Shown piece after piece: positions 50,730 through 64,000 of a DNA stretch of 64,000 nt; position 1 is the stretch's first letter; the number at the start of each line of letters is the position of its first letter. The DNA is from Phoronis australis (lineage: Eukaryota; Animalia; Phoronida). The notes below the pieces were generated by a model. That model did no database searches. It saw only the letters and a program-made list of their open reading frames with translations, and was not told the origin of the DNA. Both the position numbers and the translations under genes were made by a program. The stretch spans positions 1,139 to 65,138 of the forward strand of contig NMRA01000713.1 of the NCBI GenBank assembly GCA_002633005.1, read 5' to 3'.

Positions 50730-53700
50730 TCATCGAGGACTGGCAGTAGTCTTCCCTAACCTAAAACAAATCGCAAGAGTTGTATACTGCACCATATTAC
50801 ACTGAGAAGCATTAATGCCTCGTTTGCATAATGTTGTTATGAGTTGGAGGCGCAGCCTTGAGGAGGATGCAACAAAATAAGTCGGCAATCTACTGGTATA
50901 GCAACTTGCAAAAAACAATCAATGCATACTAGAAGCAACACCCTTCAAATTGAACAACATTATGAAAGTGAGATTTAAATGACATATTTTTCACTCTTCA
51001 GACCACCGTAACTCGTACATCAACGAAAAACTCGACACAGAATGTTAATTAATTTCATCATAGGTTAATGACCAAAGCATTTGAATCCAAGAATCAAAAA
51101 ACCGGGGTGAGTGTTAGCAGAGCATGGGTGTTAACAAATGATAAAAGTTTGGGAGAAAATTAATCCGAATGTTCGATTAGGGTAAATACCCATAAGGTAG
51201 CTAGATCTATGCTAGACTCGCATAAGAGTAAAATAAATCAATAGAGGACAGTTACTTCACTGTCATGATAAGGCAAGGTGTTTCTAGAACTCTGACTTCA
51301 CTTCTCTGAGACAAAGAGTTTGGTATATCTTGAGAAGTAAAATCCACAAGACGGGCTCTCGTAAAGAGATGAGCGGTTCCATGGAACTGTTGAATGCATA
51401 AATTGTGGGCGGGTGTTAATCCGAGTGTGAATATTCTCACTAGTGAAAATTTGAAGTTTTAAAGGGTGAATCATTTCGGGCTTGGAGGGTAAATAATGGC
51501 TTAGAATTTTGCAGGCAATTCTAAATCATGGGTGTTGTTCACACGGAATGGGCCTTTGAAATCGACATACAAGGTCAGTGACAGCAGTTCCTTGCAAACG
51601 CTGCTCGTAGTCATACAACTCTATTCCTGTTAACCCAACTGTAATTAAGAACTAAGCACAGCTTAACAGAGGGTTTATGATTCTTTGCTTTTTTGTGAGT
51701 CTTGCTTTTAATCATACAACTGCCCCAGTTCGATTTAAAGAGAATTCATTGTCCTGATTGAGAAGATAATTGTTTTACTACCCCATACAGATAATGGGCC
51801 TGGAATGAGTTTTGAGCCAGACATGACCAGGACGAGTACGGTTAATGATTCTGTATGGTTTTATAGGAATGGTCTCCAGCAACATTCAGACACACTTTGA
51901 CATTATTTTGTATCTCGCATGAATTAAACGGGAATTGATGTTCTGCTCAATTTGAAATAATATTCTGAAGGTTATTTTCGAACCTTCTTAGTCAGTTTAA
52001 AGGTAATATTTTGTAAAAACTGGAGAGCGATGCTGTGAGCAAGTTGCACAATACAAACACTGAGTGTCGGATCAGCTGCCTTTCACTGTGGTATGTTATT
52101 CCATACCTTTTTCTGGCATCATGGCTCAAGTAAAATAGCTAAAATTTACATACTGAGGCTAGGACTGCTGCTGATTTGCTGTTAGTAGTATTAGTTGTGT
52201 TGCCTCTTTCTAGTACATGGCTCAAATGAAATGGAAAATAGTTACGTTCCCTAGGTGGGGAGTGAGCAAATGTTTCGGCTATTAAGCACGATTATCAGAA
52301 CTGAAAAGGGAGAATACACACTTACCTAATACTCAGATCGGAATACATTATTTTCAAAACAGCTTGCAAACTGCATCACATTTCCAGTTCAAGGAATTTC
52401 TCTTCAATGCCAAAATTGACCAGAAATGCCTTCAAGAAATGGTAATGTTCACTTTTAAGTGAACCAATAAACGAACTCACCTCTGATTGCACATTAGAAT
52501 TAAGTTTTGCACGGCCGTTAGTGTTGACTGTTCATTCTGTCCAGTAATCACGTGACCATCAATACATACATGAACATTGTCGGCAACATCAGAGCCTGGA
52601 ATATGCAATAAACACAGTTCAAAAGATTGTTTCACTCAGTCAGTTGAATTTACAGAATCTTTACTATAAATGTTTAACTGACCCACATACATGTAACACT
52701 TCAGAACATTTTACATGGTATGACAGTATTTCCAACTTTGCGAGATAATGACTGTAAATCCATTGACAGTATCTGAGGTTGATATTTCCAATGCAAACTT
52801 GAAACCGGTCAAAATTTTCACATCGCTTACAGTTAGCAGAATTACTAAAACGTGGTATGCTGAAATGATAAAACAAGAACTTTATTGATTAAAAACTTTA
52901 TCCCCTGTCCAATACTTTAGCATCTTTATTTGTCATAATGGTGTCAATCCTGGCAAGAATGAAGAATTCTGGTTTTAATATCCCCTCCCCGATCTGTGTT
53001 TGTGAGCAAAATCTTCAGTTATGAAAACTGAAGGCTACAAAGATTGTGAATACTAAAGATTTTTGTTCAGCATCTGAATTAATGCGCCACGCATCACAGT
53101 GGATATATTTGCATGCTTCTAACTACGCTAATGTGAAGCAGGAACTGAACAACAATCATATGGTATAACATTCACACGCTAAACAAAGTGCAGTTGTATT
53201 CATTGGCAATTTGTAAATAATGTACAAAAATTTTGAAAATTTGTGATCTTTGCACTAAAAACCTGTCTTCCAGGCACATATAGCCCGCATCGTGCAGTAC
53301 TCCACAATACCACGCCACAATACTTACTGGACGAAGTTTGGTGATTTACGGTGGATCACTTTCACCGCAAAACTCACTGACGTTCTTAAAAACATTTAGC
53401 AACTTTAGCTACTTACTTCATATCCACATGTTGTGTTTCTAACAAAGTGGCCAAGCAATCACAAAGATAAATAACTAGACTGCAATTTCCACTTTAAAGC
53501 TGCATTTCAGAAAATAATATTAATGTGTAGTAATTTCCATTGCCAATAGATGGCACCACTAATCCCTTAAAACACAAATTAAAATTTGTGCACCTCAAAG
53601 GCAGTTCTTTCATAGCAGAAAATCAGAACAGAAAAAAAAGAATTTGACTAACATGTATACTTTCCGCCGTGGTCACGAATATAATCTTCTGGAAACACAG

Positions 53701-56700
53701 CAAGATTGGCAAAATCCTGTACAGATGCCAACTCGAACACGGATGTCTGGAAGAGACAGCAGTCACTACAATCATAACAAACACTAGGTTATGACAAATT
53801 GGTTCAGGATAAGGTAAATTTTACCAACTGATATGTGTTTATAGATCAATGACCAATAGTACTGTACTGGTTTACAATCACAATGTTGCAACATACCTCA
53901 AGCAGCTCTCTAGCTCCATTTTTGTGCCATGTATTTTCTTGTGTCATTTGTTTTTGCTTTGCTTTTTTCCATTTTTTCCTGACTGCTTAACATCAAAAAC
54001 GGTTGATTTCTCTTTAATCACCGTTTCAAAGGAAAAATGATGTGGTCTCAAATCAAATGTGAAATTTCAACTTCCAGCAGACAAGTTTGGGTGTGCAAAA
54101 CTGAAGGGACAGTCCGACTTGTAGAAGGCCGTATGGTACTCACAGCAGTCATACAACAGCCCTTGAAACCCCAGCTTTTCCTGTCTTCAGATTTGGCACA
54201 GAACAAGGCAGCCACGCCCTGTCCTATAGCACAGATAGGTTCTACAAAGTAACCACAACGTCTCAAGAAAAATTCAAGTTTTGATTCATGATAGCAGACT
54301 TCCCTCGTTAATAGGCGTAGATAGAAATCCCAGAAACATATTAATCATAGGTAATTAAAAAACAAAATTTCCAATTTTGATCATGTAAAAAGTCTAGTCT
54401 GTCAGTTTTGTACACTTCCGACTCACTGTCAACACTGCACTGCATGTATTACTGTAAGTTAACTTAAAATATTCACAAAATCTCATGTGAGTTCAACTGG
54501 CAATAAGTATTGAGATATGACCAAAAAATCCAACAATTTTTTATGATGTGAAATGTCAGTGGATTTATACGACAAGGCAAGGTCTAAATACTTTGTCTTT
54601 TTTTAAATCCCGATGCCCTCTGATGGTAACTTATGGTGACCTTAGACAAGACAAGGATACATATCTTGTCTGATTTGAGACTACCAATGCCCTACCACTA
54701 AGCGTGACTGGTGTGGGAGAGGACTTACTTTTTGATTTAATAAAATGGTCCAGAATTTGATCAAGTTGTGCGTCATTGGCCAAGTCATAGCAGGCACCAG
54801 GTGAGTGTGGGACAAACAGACAAGAGTAGCGGCTGGCTGGGAACAAAAAGGCATATTGAGGCTTAAAACAAAGCTTAAATGCAAGTGAAAATTGAATATG
54901 GAACAAAATAAAATTAAACCAATTTTGGAAATAGCTCAATTATCTATTAACTATACGTGCTCCTAGGCTCCCTTTTACAAGTTGTATGCATTTGGTAACA
55001 ACAGCGGTATGACGCTATTACGCCGGAGTCATGGTCGGTACAATGTTGAACAAGACTACATGTCAACAAACAACCATAGTCTAATGACACTGCTAAAAAT
55101 TTTTCAACACAGCTGATGTATTTGATCTTTTTGGCAAAGTAGCATCCACATGTTCCTAATCTTAGTTTGAATTCAAATCTCTTGGTTAAAATATTATGCT
55201 TCAAAATTCTCCCGATAGCCTTACTGCTTGGGTAACAGAAACTAATCCACCATGACAAGCACTTCGAGATATGCATTTAACGCATGTTAGTTGAGTCGAA
55301 CATAACTGAATTTAATATACATTCTTTAGTTTAAATTTATTTTTCGTTTTTGTTACACACCACCACCTAAAATAGCTGCTGACTCATTATGGGCACTCAC
55401 TCAATTGCCCCAAATGTAATGTGCTTCCGCGAACCCCCCCCCCACTTATTAAACTATTTATTCTTAAAATTAAAAGTAAAAATAAGCAAAACACTGACAG
55501 GGCTGAAAGTTACAAAATATTTGCATTTCAATATTTTATCTTTTAATCGACGAAACTCATCCTGTGTTTCTTAATTGGTGAATGTAAAGGGAATAGTGTT
55601 TTTACCAAAACTTGGCTGAAACAATAATGAAATTTCAATTGTCTCAAGAGAAGAAATCATTTATAAACTGAATAAGGAACGACATCAGACCGACACAACT
55701 GATCTAAATCAAGAGTTTTTTGACAATGCGAGCGGGTTCAACGCACCTTTAAATTTTCAGACAAAAGACGGTTTTCGTGAAATGGAACCTTTGACACTAC
55801 GTGACAAGTGGGAAAGTGGTGACAATATATTGTCGCCAAGTGGTGACAATACATTGTCGCCAAGTGGTGACAATATATTGTCGGCAAGTGGAGACGATAT
55901 ATTGTTACCACTTTGAATTCGTAACAAATGGAAATGAACCTGGAGCATATTACACAAACTGTCTAAAATAAAAGTTTGATTGCTACAAACCATCGACAGT
56001 GTCTAAACTGATGGGTATGCTGTAGGACTTGGCTCTTGTTTCAGCTAACCATCTTCTGTCACCATCACTCACATTCACAAACTCTGGTTGTTTACCCTGC
56101 CAATACAATACAACATGGCCCTTAAAACATCTCTTTTTCATACGATCATTGAATAATATTTTTAGATATACCAAGCACTGTTGGGATCATTGCTTTGGGA
56201 CATCTACTTCACATAACGGCGAGTGCCAAATGTTTGATTTTCATTGCTACGGTCTTAAATCAGGTTGTGAAATAGGATATATTCTAAATTTACACGTCTT
56301 CTTGTTGTCTATGATTACTCCGTAGTGGAATGGACCGCTCATGGATGTTATCTTTAAAGTGACATTACCAGCAAAAAAGTCACACGGTTTTCTGTGATAG
56401 CCCCAAATTGAACTCACACCATCAGTAGCCATAGACCAATGAATTGCTGGCGGAACTAACTACACTTGGAAAATGTGAGAGTATTAAAAGCTTAGTGTAC
56501 TTAGTATAGTCACTGGCATTGACTTCACCAGCGAATGGCTAGTCGACAATGACGAGAATTAGTGATTTGAAATAAAATCTCAAATTAAATAACCGATTTT
56601 GCTGTTTTATAGCTCTGGTTGAAGCTATTGACTTTAAAAACAATCTAACAACAGTACAAAAAAAGAGATTTTTGCTTGTAAATTTATACCCCTTCATTCA

Positions 56701-59488
56701 CATTTTATCTTACTTTCATGACAGAAGTTTTTGCCATTTTTAACCTATCGATGTAATACACAATGTAACTAAATTAATTCTTGCTAAACTAGAGATTTGT
56801 TTGTGAACTAGCATTTACTAGTAGTCTATTAAACAAAATACTGATTAAACGACAGTGAAAAATGACCATGCAGATCCTTTTCACAATTAAAGTACAATAT
56901 GATTGACCCACTTCATTACTCTTTGAAATAGTTAAAAATAGGTAAAAATTCTTCAATTTGGGACAAAAAAAATTGCTACAGTTGCCATATTTCAAATTTT
57001 CACAGGCTTATCACATTGAAGCAAATGCTGAAAATTTTACCAAACGTTGTTTCAATAGGTACTATCTACGTCATATAAATTGCGATGACACCACAAACAC
57101 AGAGAATGTTCATGAAAATTTCTTTTTGTTGAGAAATTTGACAAAATGAAATTTCACCTGTCCACCATAATGTGCCCTAAACTGAAGACTGTTTAACAAT
57201 ACTTACAACATACCTCAGGACTTGCCAACTGACAAAGTATTCCTGAATCTCTGTGTAGTAACGTAAAGGCTTGAATGAATGACGGCGCAGAAACACCTGA
57301 AGAATAGAGTCAAAATAAAATTTGTACAGCAAAGTAAAGTTTGACACAGGAATCATTTCAAAATTCACTACTATGTCTAACAATTACCTTTTATGGCCTA
57401 TGAATCTACCTTAAATTCAAAACTAGAAATAAACTGAGTACATGTTAGTATTGTAGGATTTCTTTTAAGCACGGAAAAAATGCAATGGGACTTTTTCTTT
57501 TGAAAAATGTTGTCAGGGAGCTCGATTGTAGCTACGTCACAACCTAGTTGCAAATGCTCCAGGACAATTCCGTGAAAAGGTCAACCTCGAGACAAAAATT
57601 GTGGCTACACTAACATTTGTGGTCTCATCAAAAAGCCCATTCTCTATAGTTTCACAACCATATTTGATTGTCCTATAACTTTCAATTTTTTGCCTAAATG
57701 GATCCATTTTTGAGGGTCACTTCACCCTAAAAATTAGCTCGATTGTCATACGTTTTGCTAATTATTGTCATAAAAAGCTAATTATGGGTATTTCAATATA
57801 CTATCAAATTTGTGCAATCAAATGAGCCCCAAATTTAATTTAAAAAAACATTTCAACTCTGGCACACCATCCACCACTTGGGGTCAAAGGTCAACTCTTG
57901 GATATCATCGTGCCACATGTCCGTCACAAAAAAAAGTGTTAAAAAGTTTCATTACATTAAGTTTTCAATCAAAATTTAACTTGTTACTCAATATTATTGA
58001 CCAAAATTTTAGCTCCCAGGGATTATTCGTCAAGTCAGAAATTGCATGACAGACGAACAGCAAATTTGTATGTCCGTCAAGTACATCAGTCACACCCATG
58101 AAATTACAATTTATCAGGAAATAAAAATAACCTTAGGTCATATTTTTACTTTCTAAACTTTCAGAAAATGAAATATTTCTCGCACCTAAGAACATAGTTG
58201 AAATGACAAAATATCACAACGGCAGCTTTAAAATTATGCATTGGATTTTTTCAATTTCAAAACTATTTGCAGAAAAATTATAGTTTACAATGTCATCTAG
58301 TTATTCATTTTTTTCAAAATGTTCTTTGATTGTGCGTCTGTCACAAATGGAATTGCCCTCCAATTTTTGCTATACAACCAATAAACTTTTCAAGCCCATA
58401 AGATCAGAACATACATGAACATCTCAAATTTTTTCACCAAATGGTCTGGTGAAAAGCGATACTTATTGATGCTACCCTCAGGGGCAGCAGCACAGGTAAA
58501 GCACTGTACTGTATCATCAGTGACTTGCGAGTACAATCCGATTAAGCCTATCAAAGATGCTTGCCCAGTGGCAAATTGCCTCTGATGAACAGCTTGAACA
58601 GTAGATTGTCATGCTGGGAACCCCGGTTCAAGTGTTTTCTTATTTTGGACTTGGACTTCCAGGGTAACTAGTCTGCATATAGTGGATTAGCATTTTGAGG
58701 GGGGGTTGTAAATCATCAGTGTCTTCCACATGCAATGGGCTTTTTCAAATTGATATGCAAGGCTTAAAGCAGTTCTTTGAGAATCCTGCTCTTAGTCGGA
58801 TAATTGTCCCAGTTGGCCAGTGTAAGTAAACACAGTTTAAGGGTTTATGGTAATGGCTGAGAAGACAATTATTTTATTACCCGCTACAGATACTGAATAG
58901 CTCAGCCCGGAATGAATATTGCTGGTGCCAAATTAACGAAAACCCTGACTAAGATGTATACAGTTGCTCTAACTGCCAGATGGAGAAGGTGCTAGCCTCA
59001 TTGTGGTGGATCCAGAATACAAGGAGAGCATCACTGATGCCATCACTGAATGAGAGCAATTATTCCAGGACGTCACGGGCCATGGCCAGGTGAGAGCTGC
59101 TGAGGGCAAGTCAGGTGAGGACACTGCAAGTCACTAGGCTTGGCCGCCTAGGATAATTCCCTATGCAATAGATGGCAAGCAGTGTTGTGTTTTATCACAT
59201 GACTTCCGTGCATAACGTACAGTCTGCTAAATCCTCTCTAAGTCATTTGCAAAGCGGAAATTGACACTCGGCAGAAGGCCAAATTTAGACCCTTTTGTTT
59301 TGGACGCTCGACTTTCACACCCTGGTTCAACAGTGCACAACAACACAAGTCGCTGTGAAAGAATTTTTCCACAGTTCCCGACGTTGCAGTGTCAAATGCA
59401 CAGCTGATAAATTCACGAATATTTAGAATTTACCTCTGTCAGAGCCGGATAACAAAATTAAACAATTCAGTGATTTTGAGGAAGTCAT
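50730..59488 (-). CDS. GATD1: Glutamine amidotransferase-like class 1 domain protein 1 (GATD1/PDDC1; DJ-1/PfpI fold), 229 aa
   Basis: 8 exons in phase, 690 nt: 59488-59434 (MTSSKSLNCLILLSGSDR), 57296-57214 (GVSAPSFIQAFTL), 56096-55991 (GKQPEFVNV..LDTVD), 54836-54729 (RYSCLFVPHSPGACYDLA), 54241-54144 (KPICAIGQGVAALFCA), 53746-53653 (SVFEL..FANL..EDYIRDHGG), 52595-52481 (VHVCIDGHVITGQNEQSTLTAVQNLILMC), 50760-50730 (LGKTTASPR*, least certain). Collinear with recalled human GATD1 (GVSAQSF, KPICAVGHGVAAL, LVTGQN..AVQNL). Confidence 0.93.
51485..51810 (+). repeat. Interspersed repeat family (other pieces near 8528-8615, 9181-9300, 58661-58890)
   Basis: Shared blocks gggtaa..ggcttagaattttg..tttgaaatcgacat.caagg and aactaagcacagcttaa..gagaagataattgttt. 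Confidence 0.65.
55813..55912. repeat. 24-bp minisatellite of palindromic units (aagtggtgacaatatattgtcgcc), about 4 copies
   Basis: Read directly; core GACAATATATTGTC is a perfect palindrome. Confidence 0.85.
57881..58306 (+). repeat. Dispersed repeat, copy 2 (partner 20703-21150)
   Basis: Same sequence blocks as 20703-21150. Confidence 0.8.
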
Positions 59489-60155
59489 GTTTCAGTATTC
59501 ATGACTTTCACCAGGTAGCGCTAGTGTATAAGGTCTAATGTTATTGTGAAATTTCAGGGGTAGAGGTCAATTAAATGTTTTAGGAGAGTTTCATATAAGG
59601 GTAAGGTCACGCTAAGGGGTACAATCACAGTGATGTCAAAAACATGATAATTTATGCCCGTTTCTGTGGTTATTAAGCGCTGAACATAGTTTTATTATAA
59701 AGTTAATACGTTGAAGAGATAACAGAGATAGTTTCATGTGGTAATCTTTCAGACTTTTTACAGAATTCACAGTTTGATCTCAAAATCGAGCAAATTTTCG
59801 GACTTGAAAGTGTGACATTCGTAACCGGCCATTTTCGAACGAAGTTAAAATCCTTAAATAAGGCTGCAATTCTTGTCTGTTTATTTTAAATCTTTAAAGC
59901 AGTGAATAAAATAGCTAATATTTATTTCAGATCTTTCCATTACACCGTATAATTAGCCAAATTAATTACTTACAAATGCGATAACGGGCGTGACGCATTC
60001 CGTCAAACCCAAGGACGAACTTCAGACGGATGTTTTCCCATATTGCAGACGACCGGTGATTTCAAACTGGTTCTCAAAAGCAAATTTAAGCAAAACCTGA
60101 AATGCCAGGACCAGTTTGTTCGAAGCGCGCAATGATTTTGTTTAACAAATGCTTC

Positions 60156-60464
60156 NNNNNNNNNNNNNNNNNNNNNNNNNNNNNNNNNNNNNNNNNNNNN
60201 NNNNNNNNNNNNNNNNNNNNNNNNNNNNNNNNNNNNNNNNNNNNNNNNNNNNNNNNNNNNNNNNNNNNNNNNNNNNNNNNNNNNNNNNNNNNNNNNNNNN
60301 NNNNNNNNNNNNNNNNNNNNNNNNNNNNNNNNNNNNNNNNNNNNNNNNNNNNNNNNNNNNNNNNNNNNNNNNNNNNNNNNNNNNNNNNNNNNNNNNNNNN
60401 NNNNNNNNNNNNNNNNNNNNNNNNNNNNNNNNNNNNNNNNNNNNNNNNNNNNNNNNNNNNNNNN
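60156..60464. other. Assembly gap (N run)
   Basis: About 309 N. Confidence 0.99.
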
Positions 60465-61707
60465 TTGACGAATTGAAAGAAAAACCGCAGATCTAGCAAT
60501 GGGTGGTCCACTGCTAATCAGCACTATGTCTATACCACAAAGAGAGGCTTCCGGACCTGTGTGAAATCGGGGGGGGGGGGTGACCATGGGGTAGCCCAGT
60601 GGTGTCGATTGTTGGAATTAAAAACACCCGGGGGGTGGGGTGATGGGGGTGGACATACTGTGAGCCATCCAGACCAGGGATCAATGTGGGGGTGGGGGTG
60701 GACATACCCATCCAGGGATCAGTGGCGAGGGGGGATGCGGGGAGGGGAAAGTTGGTTGAACTTGGTGACAAAACAATGAAATAATTTATGCTCAATCACC
60801 CTTCTTCAAACAGGCAGACACGGACACCTTTATCAGACAAGTGAGAGCCTTTGATACCTGATTTTTTCAAAATTTTCATCCCGCTCAGGTGTTACTGAGT
60901 CGTTCTCCATTACTTACGCAGTGGTGATGCCAACACTTCAAAATAACACAATTTTTAATTTGTTTCTCTGAGTTTTTATTTAACTCACTTTGATGTTGGT
61001 TTTTATATTGTAAATGCCTCTTGAAGACCTGATTCGTGAAAAGTGACTATAGTGTTTAAGTACACAAACAGAGAAGTTGAATTTTTTTCTTAAAAGTAGC
61101 AATAGTTCCCCCATCCCCTTAATATGGTATTGAACAACAGTTAAAACTCGTCAGTGGGCTTTTTGCTCTGTCAGCAATGAATCGTGACACTACAGTGTTG
61201 TGTCAGTATAATTCTCCTCTACTTTTTTATAAAATGAAACTTAAAGCATACAGTGGGGCAAATACCAATGAAGGCGAACATTTAAGAGTTGCCTTAAACA
61301 TGAGAAAGTACCTGAACTTTTAAAGGTGGATAAAGAAAGACATGAAAAAGGATGCATTTTAAAGCAATTTTGTATTACAAATTATAAAATTTAATCAGTG
61401 AGATATGGACTGTGATCTTCAAATAATCACTTTTTGTTTCCCCATGGATACTTGATGGAAGAACGAATTTGTTCCTCCGAGCGACATTAGTCTGAAAAAA
61501 GAAAAGGACAGTTACAAAGAGCACGGCAGTTAACAAGAATCAGGATAGTTTATACTCTTCAATCCAGTTCCATTCAAAAGATGCACCATTGAAGAATTTT
61601 GTTTCGATGCATCATATTATTCATCACTGCCGAAAAAAGGATGACATTGAGGAAAGCGATTTTGCTGCAGTTAAACTTCAAGCAAGGAAGATTAGACTAC
61701 TATATAC

Positions 61708-64000
61708 ATTTGGAGTGCTCGTCTGCACGTTAGGTACTAACCTCTCGGGAGAAACATGCATGGAAGAACTGAGACTAAAATTAATGCATTCACCGACTGT
61801 TCTTTTGAGACCACTTAAAAACTTGCAGATTTTACTGATGCACTTTTTTGTTTATTTTCAGAAGATATTTTCGAAATTAAATTGTATTCAGACTGAACAA
61901 AAAACAACTCAGGGATTGTTTATGCAATGTATCTATTTGTCCCAGGCACTAACCGACACCTATTAGGCCAAAGGAAAAACTCAGCAGACAAAGGCAACAC
62001 GCTGGGTGTTTAACAGTTTCAGCCCATGCCTTGGCCTCCAAAATGTTGTCCACTTGTTTTTTGTTGCAAAATGAAGTACTGAGCTCAACATTTATGTTGA
62101 AATTTTTGGTTAAAGCATTTTGAATTTATTTGAAGAAAATTAAAATACTTGCATTGATTGAGAATGGTCGCCATTAAAATAAACCATTGACTTTATTTCA
62201 CAATATTGCATTGTTACATAAAACACAGCTTGACATAATCAAAAATAAAAGAAGAGACTGAGCAATAGAATGCAAATACAACTTGGGTATTTATTTTATA
62301 ATATTTATTTATGACTGCAGAAGCCTGTTAAAGGTGAGAAAAAGTCAAACAATACGATATTGGGTAATTTATCAGAACAACTGTATCAAGGTTCAATGAT
62401 CAACTTGCACCGACAAAGTCTCAAGGGTTACAGTTCTGTTTTGGCTGACAAGGTGTTAACAGAGAATGAAGAAATACTGAAAAGAAAACGAATGACAGCA
62501 GTGATAAGTGGTGTTAAGAACAACAAGAGCAAAAAGTCAAATGAAGAAGACACAAATAGAAAATAAGTAAGGTCTATCTGGAATAAAACAATTGCGATTT
62601 GTTTTCCAGAACTGAAATTCTAAATGAATTTTAATCGATTTAAAAATGGATATAATACTAGTAAAACAGTTTGTGGTTGAAGTAGAATTGCTGTAAACCT
62701 CTTTCAACTATTTTCTTGGCCTTTTTCTGTGTGGTTTTCTGTTCTTTCAAAAGGCGGCAGCATATGACGACCATTGGAGTCATTATAAAGTGGTTGCCGA
62801 AAAGCAATGCACAGATCAAACAACTCGGCATAAATAAAACTTTTGAATCAACTAATACTGTGGATTTGTGAGAGTCAAATCAAGTTCTATTCAGAGCATA
62901 ACTTTGAAGTAGAATAATTGGGTGAGTACGACAACAAGCCAGTTTTATGCTTAGGCAGACGACCTTTGGGTTCCCGAGTATACTGCGTCTACAATTTACA
63001 ATATGTTCGGTCGGATCTTATTCTTAATCTATAAAATAGTAAATACCATTAAATTGGCTTTAATGTACGGTAAATCGTGACTTAAGCCTTGTTGCTAATA
63101 ACTAATGAACCTGTTACAAAACTTTGACTTTCATACTCTATTTTAGCTGTAACTAGAAAGCCCGCAGTGATGGTTTGTTACTGGCGTCTCATTACACTGT
63201 GCATGGCACTGCTTCCTGTGGTGTTGTCGGCACCAGTGAAGCCAAACGCAAAAGACGGTCCTGAAGAAAAGCGAGAGGTAACACATGCTCTGATGTGAAT
63301 GTTGATCCCATGCAGGATCATCTTCCTGAATGCTATGACATCAGCAGTGAGAAGACGCCACATTCTAATCAAGCCTATATGCTGGAAAATTTTCTGCGAA
63401 TTAAGCTTAACTCTAGATAAATTTTTATATTACTACACATACATTTCGAGTGTAAATAGAAACCTATGAGGCAGTTGGGATCTTTAAATCCATCTAGCCG
63501 TGTCAAATACTCTGGCAATCAACATTTTTTTTCGAATAGTCCCCGAAATTAAAACTAAGTTAAATGCCTTACGGCCAGTGTGCTCGAGATCAAATGAAAA
63601 TGTACGGGAAGGTTATGTGGAGATCACCTGCCATTTCGAGAGGTGGCAACACAAACAGGGCAACTGTCTAGGCCTTCAGCAGATGAAGAAGATTTGTGGT
63701 GAACAATATTGACTGGAAAGATGTTGGTTCTCTACGAATCTGCAAAGACATATGTTGACATGGTTATGTTGAATTTTCCACTAATGTACAGTAATTGCCA
63801 AATCGTCATTTTTCCATTTTTCATGTGGCGCACTGTTGATTATCATAAATTTTGTAAGCGATGTGAGTTTCAGGAAATGTTCTATGACAGCTAAACATTG
63901 CATGCACACCTGTGAAAGACTGAAGTGTCCTTACTTTTGTTGAGAAATTTAGCAAAATAGAATTTCAATTGTCAGCCAACTTTCGATTTCGATGAATGTC
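61708..64000 (+). repeat. Direct copy of 29734-32026 (nucleobindin 5' region), extending beyond the window
   Basis: No differences spotted by eye over about 2.3 kb; the ORF track repeats at offset 31974. Confidence 0.92.
63170..63277 (+). CDS. NUCB2: Second copy of the nucleobindin signal-peptide exon
   Basis: Appears identical to 31196-31303 (offset 31974). Confidence 0.7.

Noticed and set aside
60003-60587. Long ORFs containing X runs
   Set aside because: Artefacts of the N gap.
61589-61966. 125-aa ORF spanning the duplication junction as a possible chimeric gene
   Set aside because: Starts at TTG and reads through nucleobindin 5' UTR and intron sequence; no coding signature.

Overview
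AT-rich, intron-rich animal (probably invertebrate) genomic DNA from a heterozygous draft assembly. The ORF track is mostly uninformative, so genes were rebuilt exon by exon from GT-AG sites and phase continuity; family assignments rest on recalled human protein sequences, not database searches. There are three genes. (1) The 5' part of a class II PI3-kinase (PIK3C2A-like, minus strand, 16 coding exons at 768-20624) runs off the left edge. (2) A complete nucleobindin (NUCB1/2-like, plus strand, 31196-47247) lies head-to-head with it, as PIK3C2A/NUCB2 do in human. (3) A complete GATD1/PDDC1 (DJ-1/PfpI fold, minus strand, 50730-59488) converges on the nucleobindin. After an N-gap, an apparently identical copy of the nucleobindin 5' region (61708-64000) runs off the right edge. 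The most notable signals are a pair of homologous, probably mutually exclusive nucleobindin exons separated by only 52 nt, a candidate hydrophobic terminal exon, a very compact candidate bidirectional promoter with a uORF, and a 953-bp long-TIR transposon with a 9-bp TSD beside that promoter. Two tandem duplications split by a single N look like uncollapsed haplotypes.
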